Positions 25,454 through 34,502 of a stretch of 64,000 nt of DNA are shown in pieces (position 1 is the stretch's first letter; every line of letters begins with the position of its first letter). A program made the translations under genes and the position numbers. The stretch lies in NCBI GenBank assembly GCA_045628525.1, contig JAZQPJ010000082.1, positions 7,310 through 71,309 on the forward strand. The letters run 5' to 3'. This DNA comes from Bacteroidales bacterium (GTDB taxonomy: Bacteria > Bacteroidota > Bacteroidia > Bacteroidales > UBA3663). Under the pieces are notes generated by a model. It searched no databases, was not told where the DNA came from, and saw only the letters and a list, made by a program, of their open reading frames with translations.

Positions 25454-26347
25454 TCAATGTTCATGTGCGGCATTGAAAGCTGCCCCCAGATGCCCGATGA
25501 TGTCGGACGGGAGCAACGACTCCATGCTGTTGCCATCGGCCAGGGCCAGATCGCCAGCCAGGGCATGGAGCCAGACGCCAAGTGCAGCGGCCTGCTCGGA
25601 CGGATAGTGCTGAGCCCGCAGAGCCAGGATGATGCCTGTGAGCACATCGCCCGAACCACCCACGGCCATGCCCGCATTGCCATGCAACGTATTTGTGAAC
25701 TGTCCATCGGGGAAGAACACCTGCGTCTGATGCCCCTTCAACACCACGACCAGCTGATACTTTTCGGCCAACCGCCGCGGGTCGCCACCCAGCCGCTGCA
25801 TCTCGCCCGGATGGGGTGTCAGGATGGTGCCAGGCGGCAGCAGCTCAAGCCAGTCGGGATGGAGCGCAAGGATGTTGAGCGCGTCTGCATCGAATACCCA
25901 GCCTCTGCAATGTCCCTGGTCGCTGACAGCTCCACGCCAATGGGCAGATGTCCCATCGGTTCGAAGTGACAGCAGCAGCTCGTACAGGGCCTGTTGCGTC
26001 TCGGCATGCTGACCCAATCCTGGGCCGATGCCAATCACCTCCGTGCCGGCGGGGATGTCGATGTGGGTGTGATGTTCCGGATGGGTGTCGCAGTCGCACT
26101 TGGCCTCAGGAATGCCGAGTTGCAGGATGTCGTAGCCACAACTGGGCACGCGCACTGTGAGCAGCCCTACGCCACTCCGCATGCAGGCACGGGCCGAAAG
26201 CAGGGCTGCCCCCATCATGCCACGGCTGCTGGCCACGAGCAGGGCCCGTCCGTAGTCGCCCTTATGGCTGTCGGCAGGACGCGGACGCAGCCACTGAGCC
26301 ACAAGCTGAGGTGTGATTATTGTCGGTTTCATGGGGCGAATATACAC
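25454..26347 (-). CDS. ADP-dependent NAD(P)H-hydrate dehydratase (YjeF C-terminal type)
   Basis: HKGDYGRALLVASSRGMMGAALLSARACMRSGVGLLTV and GGSGDVLTGII. ATG 26332 (MKPTII) is an alternative start. Confidence 0.8.
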   Translation of the reverse strand: MYIRPMKPTIITPQLVAQWLRPRPADSHKGDYGRALLVASSRGMMGAALLSARACMRSGVGLLTVRVPSCGYDILQLGIPEAKCDCDTHPEHHTHIDIPAGTEVIGIGPGLGQHAETQQALYELLLSLRTDGTSAHWRGAVSDQGHCRGWVFDADALNILALHPDWLELLPPGTILTPHPGEMQRLGGDPRRLAEKYQLVVVLKGHQTQVFFPDGQFTNTLHGNAGMAVGGSGDVLTGIILALRAQHYPSEQAAALGVWLHALAGDLALADGNSMESLLPSDIIGHLGAAFNAAHEH

Positions 26348-26497
26348 ATTATTTTATAATATAAGGAGCAAATGGCCCCGAAAAGAGAAGAAATGCGACA
26401 AAAAAATAACAAAATGGGAATAAAATGTAGCAAATTCGAAGAAAAATCACCATCTTTGTAGCATAAAACAACAACAAAACATTTATAAAACTGCCTT

Positions 26498-28822
26498 ATG
26501 AAACGACTCCTGAAATCACAACTTTTCTTTGTTGCGGCCACCACAGCCCTGCTCTCGGCATGCGACTCCCAGAACTGGACCGACGTCGAGATGGACGGCT
26601 ACCGCCTCATCACCCAGCCCGATGGCGCCACCCTTGGCTACTCCCCTGCCTCGGGCGTGAAGATCCTGACCGTGGATGGCAAGGTCTTCAAGGACATGAA
26701 CCGCAACGGAATGCTCGACCCATACGAGGACTGGCGCCTCACCTTCAAGGAGCGTGCTGCCGACCTGGCCAGCCAGATGTCAATCGACGAAATAGCCGGC
26801 CTGATGCTCTACAGCAGCCACCTGCGCATCCCTTCGGCCGATAATGCCGACACCCTGCAGCCCTGGCTCATGGGCGAACAGGTGCGCGTGATGCTGGAGC
26901 AGGACAACGTTCGCCACCTGCTCATCACCACCGTGCAGAGCCCCGAGATTGCCGCCCGCTGGAACAACGAGGTCCAGGCCTTTGCCGAGAGCCTGCCGCT
27001 GGGCATCCCTGCCAACAACTCATCCGACCCACGCCATAATGCCCGTTCCGATTCTGAATTCAATGCCGGTGGCGGCGGCCAGATCTCGATGTGGCCAGGC
27101 TCACTGGGCTTTGGTGCAACGTTCGACCCGCAGGTGATGGAGCGCTTCGGCCAGATTGCCTCCATCGAATACCGCGGCCTGGGCTTTGCCACCTGCCTCT
27201 CGCCACAGGTTGACCTCTGCACCGAGCCACGCTGGATGCGCTTCTCGGGCACCATGACCGAAGAGCCACGTCTGGCTGCCGACCTGGCGCGCGCCTATTG
27301 CGACGGCTTCCAGTATTCCGATCCCGCTCACGTGCTCAGCGAGGGCTGGGGCTACCAGAGCGTCAACGCCATGGTGAAGCACTGGCCCGGTGGCGGTTGC
27401 GGCGAGGGCGGACGCGATGCCCACTACGGCTGGGGCAAGTTTGCCGTGTTCCCCTCGGGCAACCTGGAGCTCGCCAAGATTCCATTCACCCAGGGCGCCT
27501 TCCAGCTGCAGGGTGAGACCCGCCAGGCCTCGGCCGTGATGCCTTACTACACCATCTCGTGGGGTCAGGGCAGTGCCGACGAGCAGGTGGGCAACAGCTA
27601 CAGCCGCGACGTGATCACCCGACAGCTGCGCGAAGAGCACAACTACGATGGCGTGATCTGCACCGACTGGGGCATCACCCAGGACGAGATCCATCCGGGC
27701 GTGCACAGCGGCAAGCCCTGGGGCGTGGAGCACCTCACCGAGGCCGAGCGTCACTACAAGGCCCTCATGGCCGGCGTCGATCAGTATGGCGGCAACAACG
27801 CCAAGGGTCCGGTGTTCGAAGCCTTTGAGATTGGCGTGAAGGAGCACGGCGAGGAGTGGATGACCCAGCGCATGCGCGAGTCGGCACGTCGCCTGCTCAC
27901 CAACATCTTCCACACCGGCCTGTTCGAGAATCCCTACGTCGATCCTGCCTATGCCGCCCAGACCGTGGGCTGCCCTGAGTACATGCAGGAGGGCTACGAG
28001 GCACAGGTGCGCAGCGTGGTGATGCTCAAGAACCAGGACAACGTGCTGCCATTGAACAAGCAAAGCAACGCAACGGCAGCAGGACAGGACGGCACGCCCC
28101 TGGCATTGAAGGTCTATATCCCCAAGCGCCACTATCCAGCCTGGACGGGCTTCTGGGGCAATCCGATCGAAGAGCAGGACATCGTGCCCGTATCCGAAGC
28201 TCTGGGCTCGCGCTACTTCACCCTAGTCGATAATGCCGAGGAGGCCGATGTGGCCATCGTCTATATCGACTCGCCCAACTCACGTTTCGGCTACGACATG
28301 GACGACGTGAAGCGTGGCGGCAACGGCTATGTACCTATCAGCCTGCAGTATAGCGACTACACCGCCACTACGGCCCGCAAAGTCAGCATCGCCGGCGGCG
28401 ATCCGTTCGAGAAGAGCAACAACCGCAGCTACCGCGGCAAGAGCATCAAGACCGTGAACCGTGGCGACATGGTGCTCGTGCAAGAGACACGCAAGGCCAT
28501 GGGCAAGAAACCCGTCATCGTGTCGGTCAACGTGAGCAACCCACCTGTGCTGAGCGAGATCGAGCCTTATGCCGATGCCATCTTCTGCACCTTCGACGTG
28601 CAGAACCAGGTCATCCTCGACCTCGTCACCGGCCGCTACGAGCCATCGGGTCTCCTCCCCTTCCAGTTGCCTAAGGACATGCTCACCATCGAGGCCAATG
28701 CCGAGGACAAGCCACGCGACCTGGAGTGCTACCGCGATGCCCAGGACCACACCTACGACTTCGCCTACGGCATGAACTGGCAGGGCGTGATCGACGACGA
28801 GCGCGTGCAGAAGTACCGCTAA
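26498..28822 (+). CDS. glycoside hydrolase family 3 lipoprotein (beta-glucosidase/xylosidase type)
   Basis: Lipobox LLSAC, motif KHWPGGG, and a nucleophile region GVICTDWG. 774 aa. Confidence 0.85.
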   Translation: MKRLLKSQLFFVAATTALLSACDSQNWTDVEMDGYRLITQPDGATLGYSPASGVKILTVDGKVFKDMNRNGMLDPYEDWRLTFKERAADLASQMSIDEIAGLMLYSSHLRIPSADNADTLQPWLMGEQVRVMLEQDNVRHLLITTVQSPEIAARWNNEVQAFAESLPLGIPANNSSDPRHNARSDSEFNAGGGGQISMWPGSLGFGATFDPQVMERFGQIASIEYRGLGFATCLSPQVDLCTEPRWMRFSGTMTEEPRLAADLARAYCDGFQYSDPAHVLSEGWGYQSVNAMVKHWPGGGCGEGGRDAHYGWGKFAVFPSGNLELAKIPFTQGAFQLQGETRQASAVMPYYTISWGQGSADEQVGNSYSRDVITRQLREEHNYDGVICTDWGITQDEIHPGVHSGKPWGVEHLTEAERHYKALMAGVDQYGGNNAKGPVFEAFEIGVKEHGEEWMTQRMRESARRLLTNIFHTGLFENPYVDPAYAAQTVGCPEYMQEGYEAQVRSVVMLKNQDNVLPLNKQSNATAAGQDGTPLALKVYIPKRHYPAWTGFWGNPIEEQDIVPVSEALGSRYFTLVDNAEEADVAIVYIDSPNSRFGYDMDDVKRGGNGYVPISLQYSDYTATTARKVSIAGGDPFEKSNNRSYRGKSIKTVNRGDMVLVQETRKAMGKKPVIVSVNVSNPPVLSEIEPYADAIFCTFDVQNQVILDLVTGRYEPSGLLPFQLPKDMLTIEANAEDKPRDLECYRDAQDHTYDFAYGMNWQGVIDDERVQKYR

Positions 28823-28841
28823 AAATTTCTTTCCCAAAGAT

Positions 28842-30578
28842 ATGAAAGCATCTCTCTTCTCATTTGTATTGACAACATCCCTGCTGGCCACGGCATCAGT
28901 AGCCGCTGCCCAGGACAGTGCCTCGCTCTGGTGGGGCTACGGTTCGGAACAAAGCACGCTCAAGGGCGTGGGCGGTGGTGGTACGGCCTCGACCCAGACG
29001 GCTGCCGTCAAGGTGCCGGCCGAGGTGATGGCCTCCTATGCCGGCTCGCGCATCAAGGCCATCCGCTTTGCCGTCTATGGCAACACGGGGCAGGTGGATG
29101 ACGTCTCCTACTTCCTCTCGCACGACGTGCAGGCTGTGGCCGATGCCGAGCGCCAGGCCGTGGGAACCCTCACCACCGGCTGGCATGAATTTGAATTGCC
29201 CGAAGCCCATCCCATCGTGGCAGGCGAGGACCTCTACGTGGGCTACACGGCCACGGGCGTGCGTCCCATCGCCATCGTCGATGAGCCGGGCTGCGAGGGT
29301 TCGTGCTGGCTCTCCACGGGCAAGAAGTTCTACGACTATGGCGTGATGGAGGGCTACAACTACACGCTCGCCATGCAGGTGCTCATCGAGTCGGACAGCT
29401 TCGAGGCCACCCTGGCCTTTGCCAACAGCAGCGACCTGCTGGCCGAAGCCACGGGCGGCACGTTGCAGCTCCGGATGAGGTCCATGTCGCCTGTTGCTGT
29501 CACCAGCTATGCTGTGGCCCTGAGCATCGACGGCCAGGACGTCACCGAGCAGCGCACCGAGTGCCAGCTCGATGAAATCGGGGCCGAGCACACCATCGCC
29601 CTGCCGCTGCCCGACCTCACCCTGGGCACCCACACCTATGCCGCCGAGCTGGTCAGCATCAACGATCAGGCACCCGCCCAGGCACAACGCTGCGAGGGCT
29701 CGCTTGAGGTAAAGAAATATGTGATGTATCGCACCCACGTCATCGAGGAGTGCACCGGCACCTGGTGCGGCTACTGCGTACGCGGCCTGGTGGCCATGCG
29801 CGAGATGCGCAAGAACCATTCCGACCGCTTCATCGGCATTGCCGTACATGGACAAGACTCGTATGCCACCAGCAGCTACAGCCAGCTGCTGGGCCGCATC
29901 TCGGGCTATCCCTCGGCCTTCTTCAACCGCCGTTACGAGGTGGGCACCTACCCTTCGGACATGGAGAGCGCCTTTGTCAATGCCGACCTGCTGGCTGAGT
30001 GTGAGGTGCAGATACTGGGCGTGGAATACTCCGACGCCACCCACAAGAAGGTCAACATCTACACCCGCTCGCGCTTCGATCGCGATCACACGGGCATCGA
30101 CTACCGCCTGGCCTTCGTTACCCTCGAGGACCACCTGCCCGACTACCAGTCCAACTACTATTCGGGCGGCGGCATGGGTCCGATGGGCGGCTTCGAGAAC
30201 GAGGGCAGCTACGCCTATGTCGATCTGATGGACGTGGCGCGCAACATCACCTCGTACCAGGGCATTGCCAACTCTGTGCCCGCCAACCTCACTGAGGGCC
30301 AGTGGTACGACTTCACGTACACCTACACCCTGCCCACCTCCATCAAGAACCGCCAGAACATCACCCTGGTGGCCCTGCTGCAGGATGCCAACGGCACCGA
30401 GATCCTCAATGCCGCCAAGTGCGAGGAGATCCTCGAGCCCGGCCAGATGGCCATCGAGCCCATCAGCCCCGACGCCCCACTGCTGCCCACCGCCACCTAC
30501 GACCTCCAGGGCCGCCCCGCCGGCACCAATGCCCGAGGCCTCAGCATCCAGCAGGGGCGCGTGGTGCTGGTGCGATGA
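28842..30578 (+). CDS. T9SS cargo protein A with a thioredoxin-like CxxC motif
   Basis: Signal peptide, IEECTGTWCGYCVRG, and a C-terminal tail TYDLQGRPAGTNARGLSIQQGRVVLVR resembling a T9SS sorting domain. Confidence 0.6.
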   Translation: MKASLFSFVLTTSLLATASVAAAQDSASLWWGYGSEQSTLKGVGGGGTASTQTAAVKVPAEVMASYAGSRIKAIRFAVYGNTGQVDDVSYFLSHDVQAVADAERQAVGTLTTGWHEFELPEAHPIVAGEDLYVGYTATGVRPIAIVDEPGCEGSCWLSTGKKFYDYGVMEGYNYTLAMQVLIESDSFEATLAFANSSDLLAEATGGTLQLRMRSMSPVAVTSYAVALSIDGQDVTEQRTECQLDEIGAEHTIALPLPDLTLGTHTYAAELVSINDQAPAQAQRCEGSLEVKKYVMYRTHVIEECTGTWCGYCVRGLVAMREMRKNHSDRFIGIAVHGQDSYATSSYSQLLGRISGYPSAFFNRRYEVGTYPSDMESAFVNADLLAECEVQILGVEYSDATHKKVNIYTRSRFDRDHTGIDYRLAFVTLEDHLPDYQSNYYSGGGMGPMGGFENEGSYAYVDLMDVARNITSYQGIANSVPANLTEGQWYDFTYTYTLPTSIKNRQNITLVALLQDANGTEILNAAKCEEILEPGQMAIEPISPDAPLLPTATYDLQGRPAGTNARGLSIQQGRVVLVR

Positions 30579-30676
30579 GCCGCACTTGCAGACTTCTTTA
30601 TTTAACGATCTATCGAGTCCTCGATGAATCGACACATCGACACCATCGACACCATCGATTCCTCAACAAAAAAAAT

Positions 30677-33600
30677 ATGAAACACTCACACCTCTCCACC
30701 CTCCTGCTCGGCCTCGCCCTCACGGCCCAGAGCCAGCAGGCGCAGGCTGCCACACAGGTGGCCCAGCTGCCCGACGACGAGGCCATGGTCTATGCGTTCA
30801 TGCCGTTCGACTATGAGCGCTTCGCCTACACCCACTCGTTCGTCAAGTTCCAAACCAACTTCCCCGAAGCATGGAGCTTCTACAAGATTGCCGACTTCGA
30901 CACCCGCAAGGGAACCGACTACCCTGAAATCACCGCCGGCACCTTCGTGGGCGACGAGTACTGGGCCTTCTTCAAGGCGCCCTACGACCTGAACTTCTGG
31001 GAACCGATGGGCCTCTACAAGGTTGACATCGAGACCGGCGAATACGCACTCATCGACAACTGCTACTGGTATCAGGACGAAAGCGTGCTCTACCCCATGG
31101 ACATGAGCTACGACCCCTCCACGGGCCTCATCTGGTACGTTGCCCCCATCACCAGCAACCCCATACAGTTCAACGGCTTTGCCGACGCCAGCACCCTGGG
31201 CTGGGCGCTCTGCTACATCGACACGCAGTCAGCCAATCCCCACCCCGTGCGCTTCGGCAACAACCTGCCACAGTGCGTCACCTGCGTGGCTGCCGACCAT
31301 GGCAAGCTCTACGGTCTGGCCATAGAGAGAAGCAAGGTGCGCAACACCACCATCACCTCGTTCGTCGAGATCACCCCTGACCTGCAGCAGAGCAGCTACG
31401 ACTTCAACGTGGTGCGCAAGTATGCCGAGAAGGAGCTCCACATCTCCGGCCCTACCGACTGGGCCTCGATGGAGTGGGACCGCACCAACCATCGCCTCTA
31501 CGCCTCGTACACCGAGCTGAAGGACGAAGCCGTCTATTTCAGCGAGTTCGACCCCGCCACGGGCGACATCCTCAAGACCACCTGGCAGGGCGGTGCCATC
31601 ATGGTCAACGCCATGGCCATCCCTTACCAGACCTGCCCTGACGAGGCGCCTTTCTACCCTGGCAACTTCACCGTCACCACAGGTGCAGCCGGCAACCCTA
31701 CCGCCTCGCTGACCTGGGAGCGACCCACCCAGACCTACATGAAGCAGCCGCTCATGGAGATGGACGGCTACCGCATCTACCGCGATGGCGAGCAGGTGGC
31801 CGACCTCAATGCCGACGCCACCTCGTGGAACGAGAGCAACGTCCCCTTCGGCCTGCACGACTACACCATTGCCGCCTATAACCATGCCGGCGAGGGTATC
31901 AGCCGCACCCGCACCGCCTTCGTGGGCAAGGACACCCCTGGCATCCCGGGCAACCTCACCTTCACCGCCCAGGGCAGCACCGCCAACCTCAGCTGGCAGA
32001 TCCCTACCGACGGTGCCCACGGTGCCTGGTACGACATGGCCAGCGTCACCTACACCATCACCCGTCACCCCGACGAGGTGCAGGTCGTAAGCGGCCTGAC
32101 CAAGACACGCTACACCGACGTGGTCGATGTGTTCCAGGGTTACTCATACACCATCACCGCCTGCAACCACGAGGGCGAAGGTCTCAGCGCCACCACACAG
32201 ATCCTCTCGTTCGGTCCTGATGCCGGCATTCCGTTCTTATCCGACCTCAGGCAGCAGGCCGAGTTCCTGAAATGGGAGGTCTGCGACAGCAACCACGACG
32301 GCTACACCTGGGCCTATAGCGATGGTCTCAACGCCACCATTTACGACGCTACCTTCTGCGAAAACAAGCCCGACGACCAGCTCATCTCGCCCGTGATCCA
32401 GACCCAGGCCGGCCAGCAGTACAAGCTCACCTACCAGGTCAAGGTACACAACTATATCGACACCGAAGAAAAGTTCGCCTGGTACGCCGGCCCAGCCGAT
32501 GCCAGTCCGACCAACAAGGGCATCGAGATCGACCACGGCACCTACACCAGCCGCGAAAGCCTCCAGTGGTTCGAGCGCCAGTGCATCTTCGACGGCACAG
32601 AAGGCGGCAACCGCCTCACCTTCGACGTCCTCTCCGACCCCCTTCAAGGCATTCTCTATCTGGGCGATATCACGGTACGCCTCTATAGCGATAACGACCT
32701 TGCCATCAAGGATGTAGCCGGCAGCGAAATGGCTGGCCAGGGCCGCGCCACCCCAATCCTCGTCACTATCAAGAACGAGGGCCGCAGCACCGTCCGTCAC
32801 TTCAGCATCCGCGTGTGGGACGAGGAGGGCGATGCCACCGTCACCCAGGAGTTCAACATTCCAATCGAGAGCGAAGAAACCCTCACATGCAACGTCAGCT
32901 GGACCCCACAGCAGCTGGGCATGCACCACGTACACGCCGAAGTCATCCTCGAGGGCGACACCTTCCTCAATGACAACACCTGCGACGACATCCATCAGAT
33001 CGACATCACCGAAGCCGGCGACAAGGAGTGGATGACCATCGGCCAGTACGACAAGAGCGACAGCAACTGGTGCGGCATCGAGGCCGCCTACAGCCAGTCA
33101 CAGGCCCTCTACCTGGCCGAGGAGATCAACCTCGAGCCCGGCACCAAGATCCTCGGCATCGGCTTCGCCTACGACGGCAACGACGCCCTGCGCCGCATGA
33201 CCGGCATCAACTTCGAGGTCAGCCTCGGCAACTCCCTGCTGCCCGCCCTCTACGACTACTACGAGTACATCTACGACTGGAACTACTACCCGCACCTGCT
33301 CACCTCCGACCACTTCCCCGAGACCCCATTCGTGGGCTTCGTCGATATCAACGCACCTACGGGCGCCGAGGGTCACCTCATGTTCGAATTCGACGAGCCA
33401 TTCGAATACGGCGGCGACAACCTGCTGGTCAAGGTGGTGCGCACCACCAGCTCGAAGGTAGCCGACACCTGGGTGCTCTACCACATGCAGATCCTCGACG
33501 GCACCACCAACGCCTCCATCGATCCTAACGGCCGCGCCATCTACGCCTCCGGCTCGAGCGAGGTAGCCGAGGGCTCCAAGGCTAAAGCCCATGGCTACAA

Positions 33601-33877
33601 CCAGTTGCCCGTGCTCTACCTCTGCTACGACACCTCTGACGGCATCCGCGCCATCAAGACCATCGCCAGCCCTCTCACCGCCGATGCCCGCGATGGCATG
33701 CTCTACCTCAGCCAGCCATGCCGCCAGGCCGTGCTCACCGACCTCTCAGGCCGCGTGATCTTCCAGGGCAGCGACGTGCAGCAGATCCCTGTCCATCAGG
33801 CCACGTCGGCTGTCGCCATCCTGCACGCCACCCTTCAGGACGGCACCACTGCCACGATGAAGGTCGTAGTCAAGTAA
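30677..33877 (+). CDS. large T9SS cargo protein B (Fn3, choice-of-anchor-J-like and CARDB-like segments)
   Basis: Signal peptide MKHSHLSTLLLGLALTAQSQQAQA. Fn3-like repeats (NLTFTAQGSTANLSWQIP). DQLISPVIQTQAGQQYKLTYQVK. C-terminal tail LTDLSGRVIFQG...TATMKVVVK. The start is set at ATG 30677. Confidence 0.6.
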   Translation: MKHSHLSTLLLGLALTAQSQQAQAATQVAQLPDDEAMVYAFMPFDYERFAYTHSFVKFQTNFPEAWSFYKIADFDTRKGTDYPEITAGTFVGDEYWAFFKAPYDLNFWEPMGLYKVDIETGEYALIDNCYWYQDESVLYPMDMSYDPSTGLIWYVAPITSNPIQFNGFADASTLGWALCYIDTQSANPHPVRFGNNLPQCVTCVAADHGKLYGLAIERSKVRNTTITSFVEITPDLQQSSYDFNVVRKYAEKELHISGPTDWASMEWDRTNHRLYASYTELKDEAVYFSEFDPATGDILKTTWQGGAIMVNAMAIPYQTCPDEAPFYPGNFTVTTGAAGNPTASLTWERPTQTYMKQPLMEMDGYRIYRDGEQVADLNADATSWNESNVPFGLHDYTIAAYNHAGEGISRTRTAFVGKDTPGIPGNLTFTAQGSTANLSWQIPTDGAHGAWYDMASVTYTITRHPDEVQVVSGLTKTRYTDVVDVFQGYSYTITACNHEGEGLSATTQILSFGPDAGIPFLSDLRQQAEFLKWEVCDSNHDGYTWAYSDGLNATIYDATFCENKPDDQLISPVIQTQAGQQYKLTYQVKVHNYIDTEEKFAWYAGPADASPTNKGIEIDHGTYTSRESLQWFERQCIFDGTEGGNRLTFDVLSDPLQGILYLGDITVRLYSDNDLAIKDVAGSEMAGQGRATPILVTIKNEGRSTVRHFSIRVWDEEGDATVTQEFNIPIESEETLTCNVSWTPQQLGMHHVHAEVILEGDTFLNDNTCDDIHQIDITEAGDKEWMTIGQYDKSDSNWCGIEAAYSQSQALYLAEEINLEPGTKILGIGFAYDGNDALRRMTGINFEVSLGNSLLPALYDYYEYIYDWNYYPHLLTSDHFPETPFVGFVDINAPTGAEGHLMFEFDEPFEYGGDNLLVKVVRTTSSKVADTWVLYHMQILDGTTNASIDPNGRAIYASGSSEVAEGSKAKAHGYNQLPVLYLCYDTSDGIRAIKTIASPLTADARDGMLYLSQPCRQAVLTDLSGRVIFQGSDVQQIPVHQATSAVAILHATLQDGTTATMKVVVK

Positions 33878-34000
33878 CCCGTCCCCTTACAGCGCTGTGG
33901 CACCTCCACAGCCCAGAAAATATCAACCCCGCCCTTGTTGCGACGCTTTGCATCCAAGGGCGGGGGTGTTGTCTTGTGTCACTCAAAGTCGCCCAAATGC

Positions 34001-34273
34001 TCCCTAAGAGTATGGAAAGCCTCACCCGAACTCGCGACAAGGCTTCCTGACCCTTAGGAGAGCACTCTCGGAGCTGCGGCATGGTTTCCTAACCCTTAGG
34101 AAAGCTTCCTGCAAGCGCGCGGCGAGGTTTCCCAACCCTTAGGAAAGCTTCCTGCAAGCGTGCGGCAAGGTTTCCCAACCCTTAGGAAAGCTTCCTGCAA
34201 GCATGCGGCAAGGGTTCCCAACCCTTAGGAAGGCTGTCCCGGGGCTGATCCATACTTTCCATACTCATAGGGA
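34001..34273. repeat. 273-bp element with 19-bp terminal inverted repeats enclosing about five 43-bp tandem units
   Basis: The TIRs tccctaagagtatggaaag (34001-34019) and ctttccatactcataggga (34255-34273) match 18/19. Units start at 34041, 34083, 34126, 34169 and 34212. The three central units are near-identical (ggtttcccaacccttaggaaagcttcctgcaagc..gcggcaa). Confidence 0.75.
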
Positions 34274-34502
34274 GCCTTCTCGCACTCATGCATGAAGAAA
34301 TCCAAACAAAAGAAACAGTATGGATGTGGACAAGGGGAAACATGTGGGATTTGGCATATGCGAGTATCAAACGTGTCAATTTGCAAAGGGAAACGGCAGT
34401 TTACGAGCAAATTACAAGCGAAAAGCGGCGAATGTGCACATAAAAAACAATATCTTTGCATTGTTAAGTAATTCTTCAAAATCAAAATCAGCATTTCCGA
34501 AT

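Noticed and set aside
28896-30635. A 579-aa ORF on the minus strand, fully antisense to T9SS cargo gene A.
   Set aside because: It is a shadow ORF typical of GC3-rich genes. Its composition is dominated by Gly/Ala/Val/His/Arg/Leu runs, with no recognisable motif, signal or promoter box. The sense-strand gene has a signal peptide, a CxxC motif and a sorting tail.
30302-30676. An upstream extension of the 1191-aa ORF overlapping the end of cargo gene A. Analogous 5' extensions of ORFs lie at 34320-34502, 40230-40358, 41909-42025, 7322-7486, 6774-6869, 11972-12037, 9671-9730 and 17410-17463.
   Set aside because: In each case an internal Met is followed by a proper signal peptide or conserved N-terminus. 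A TAnnTTTG box or the preceding gene occupies the extension.
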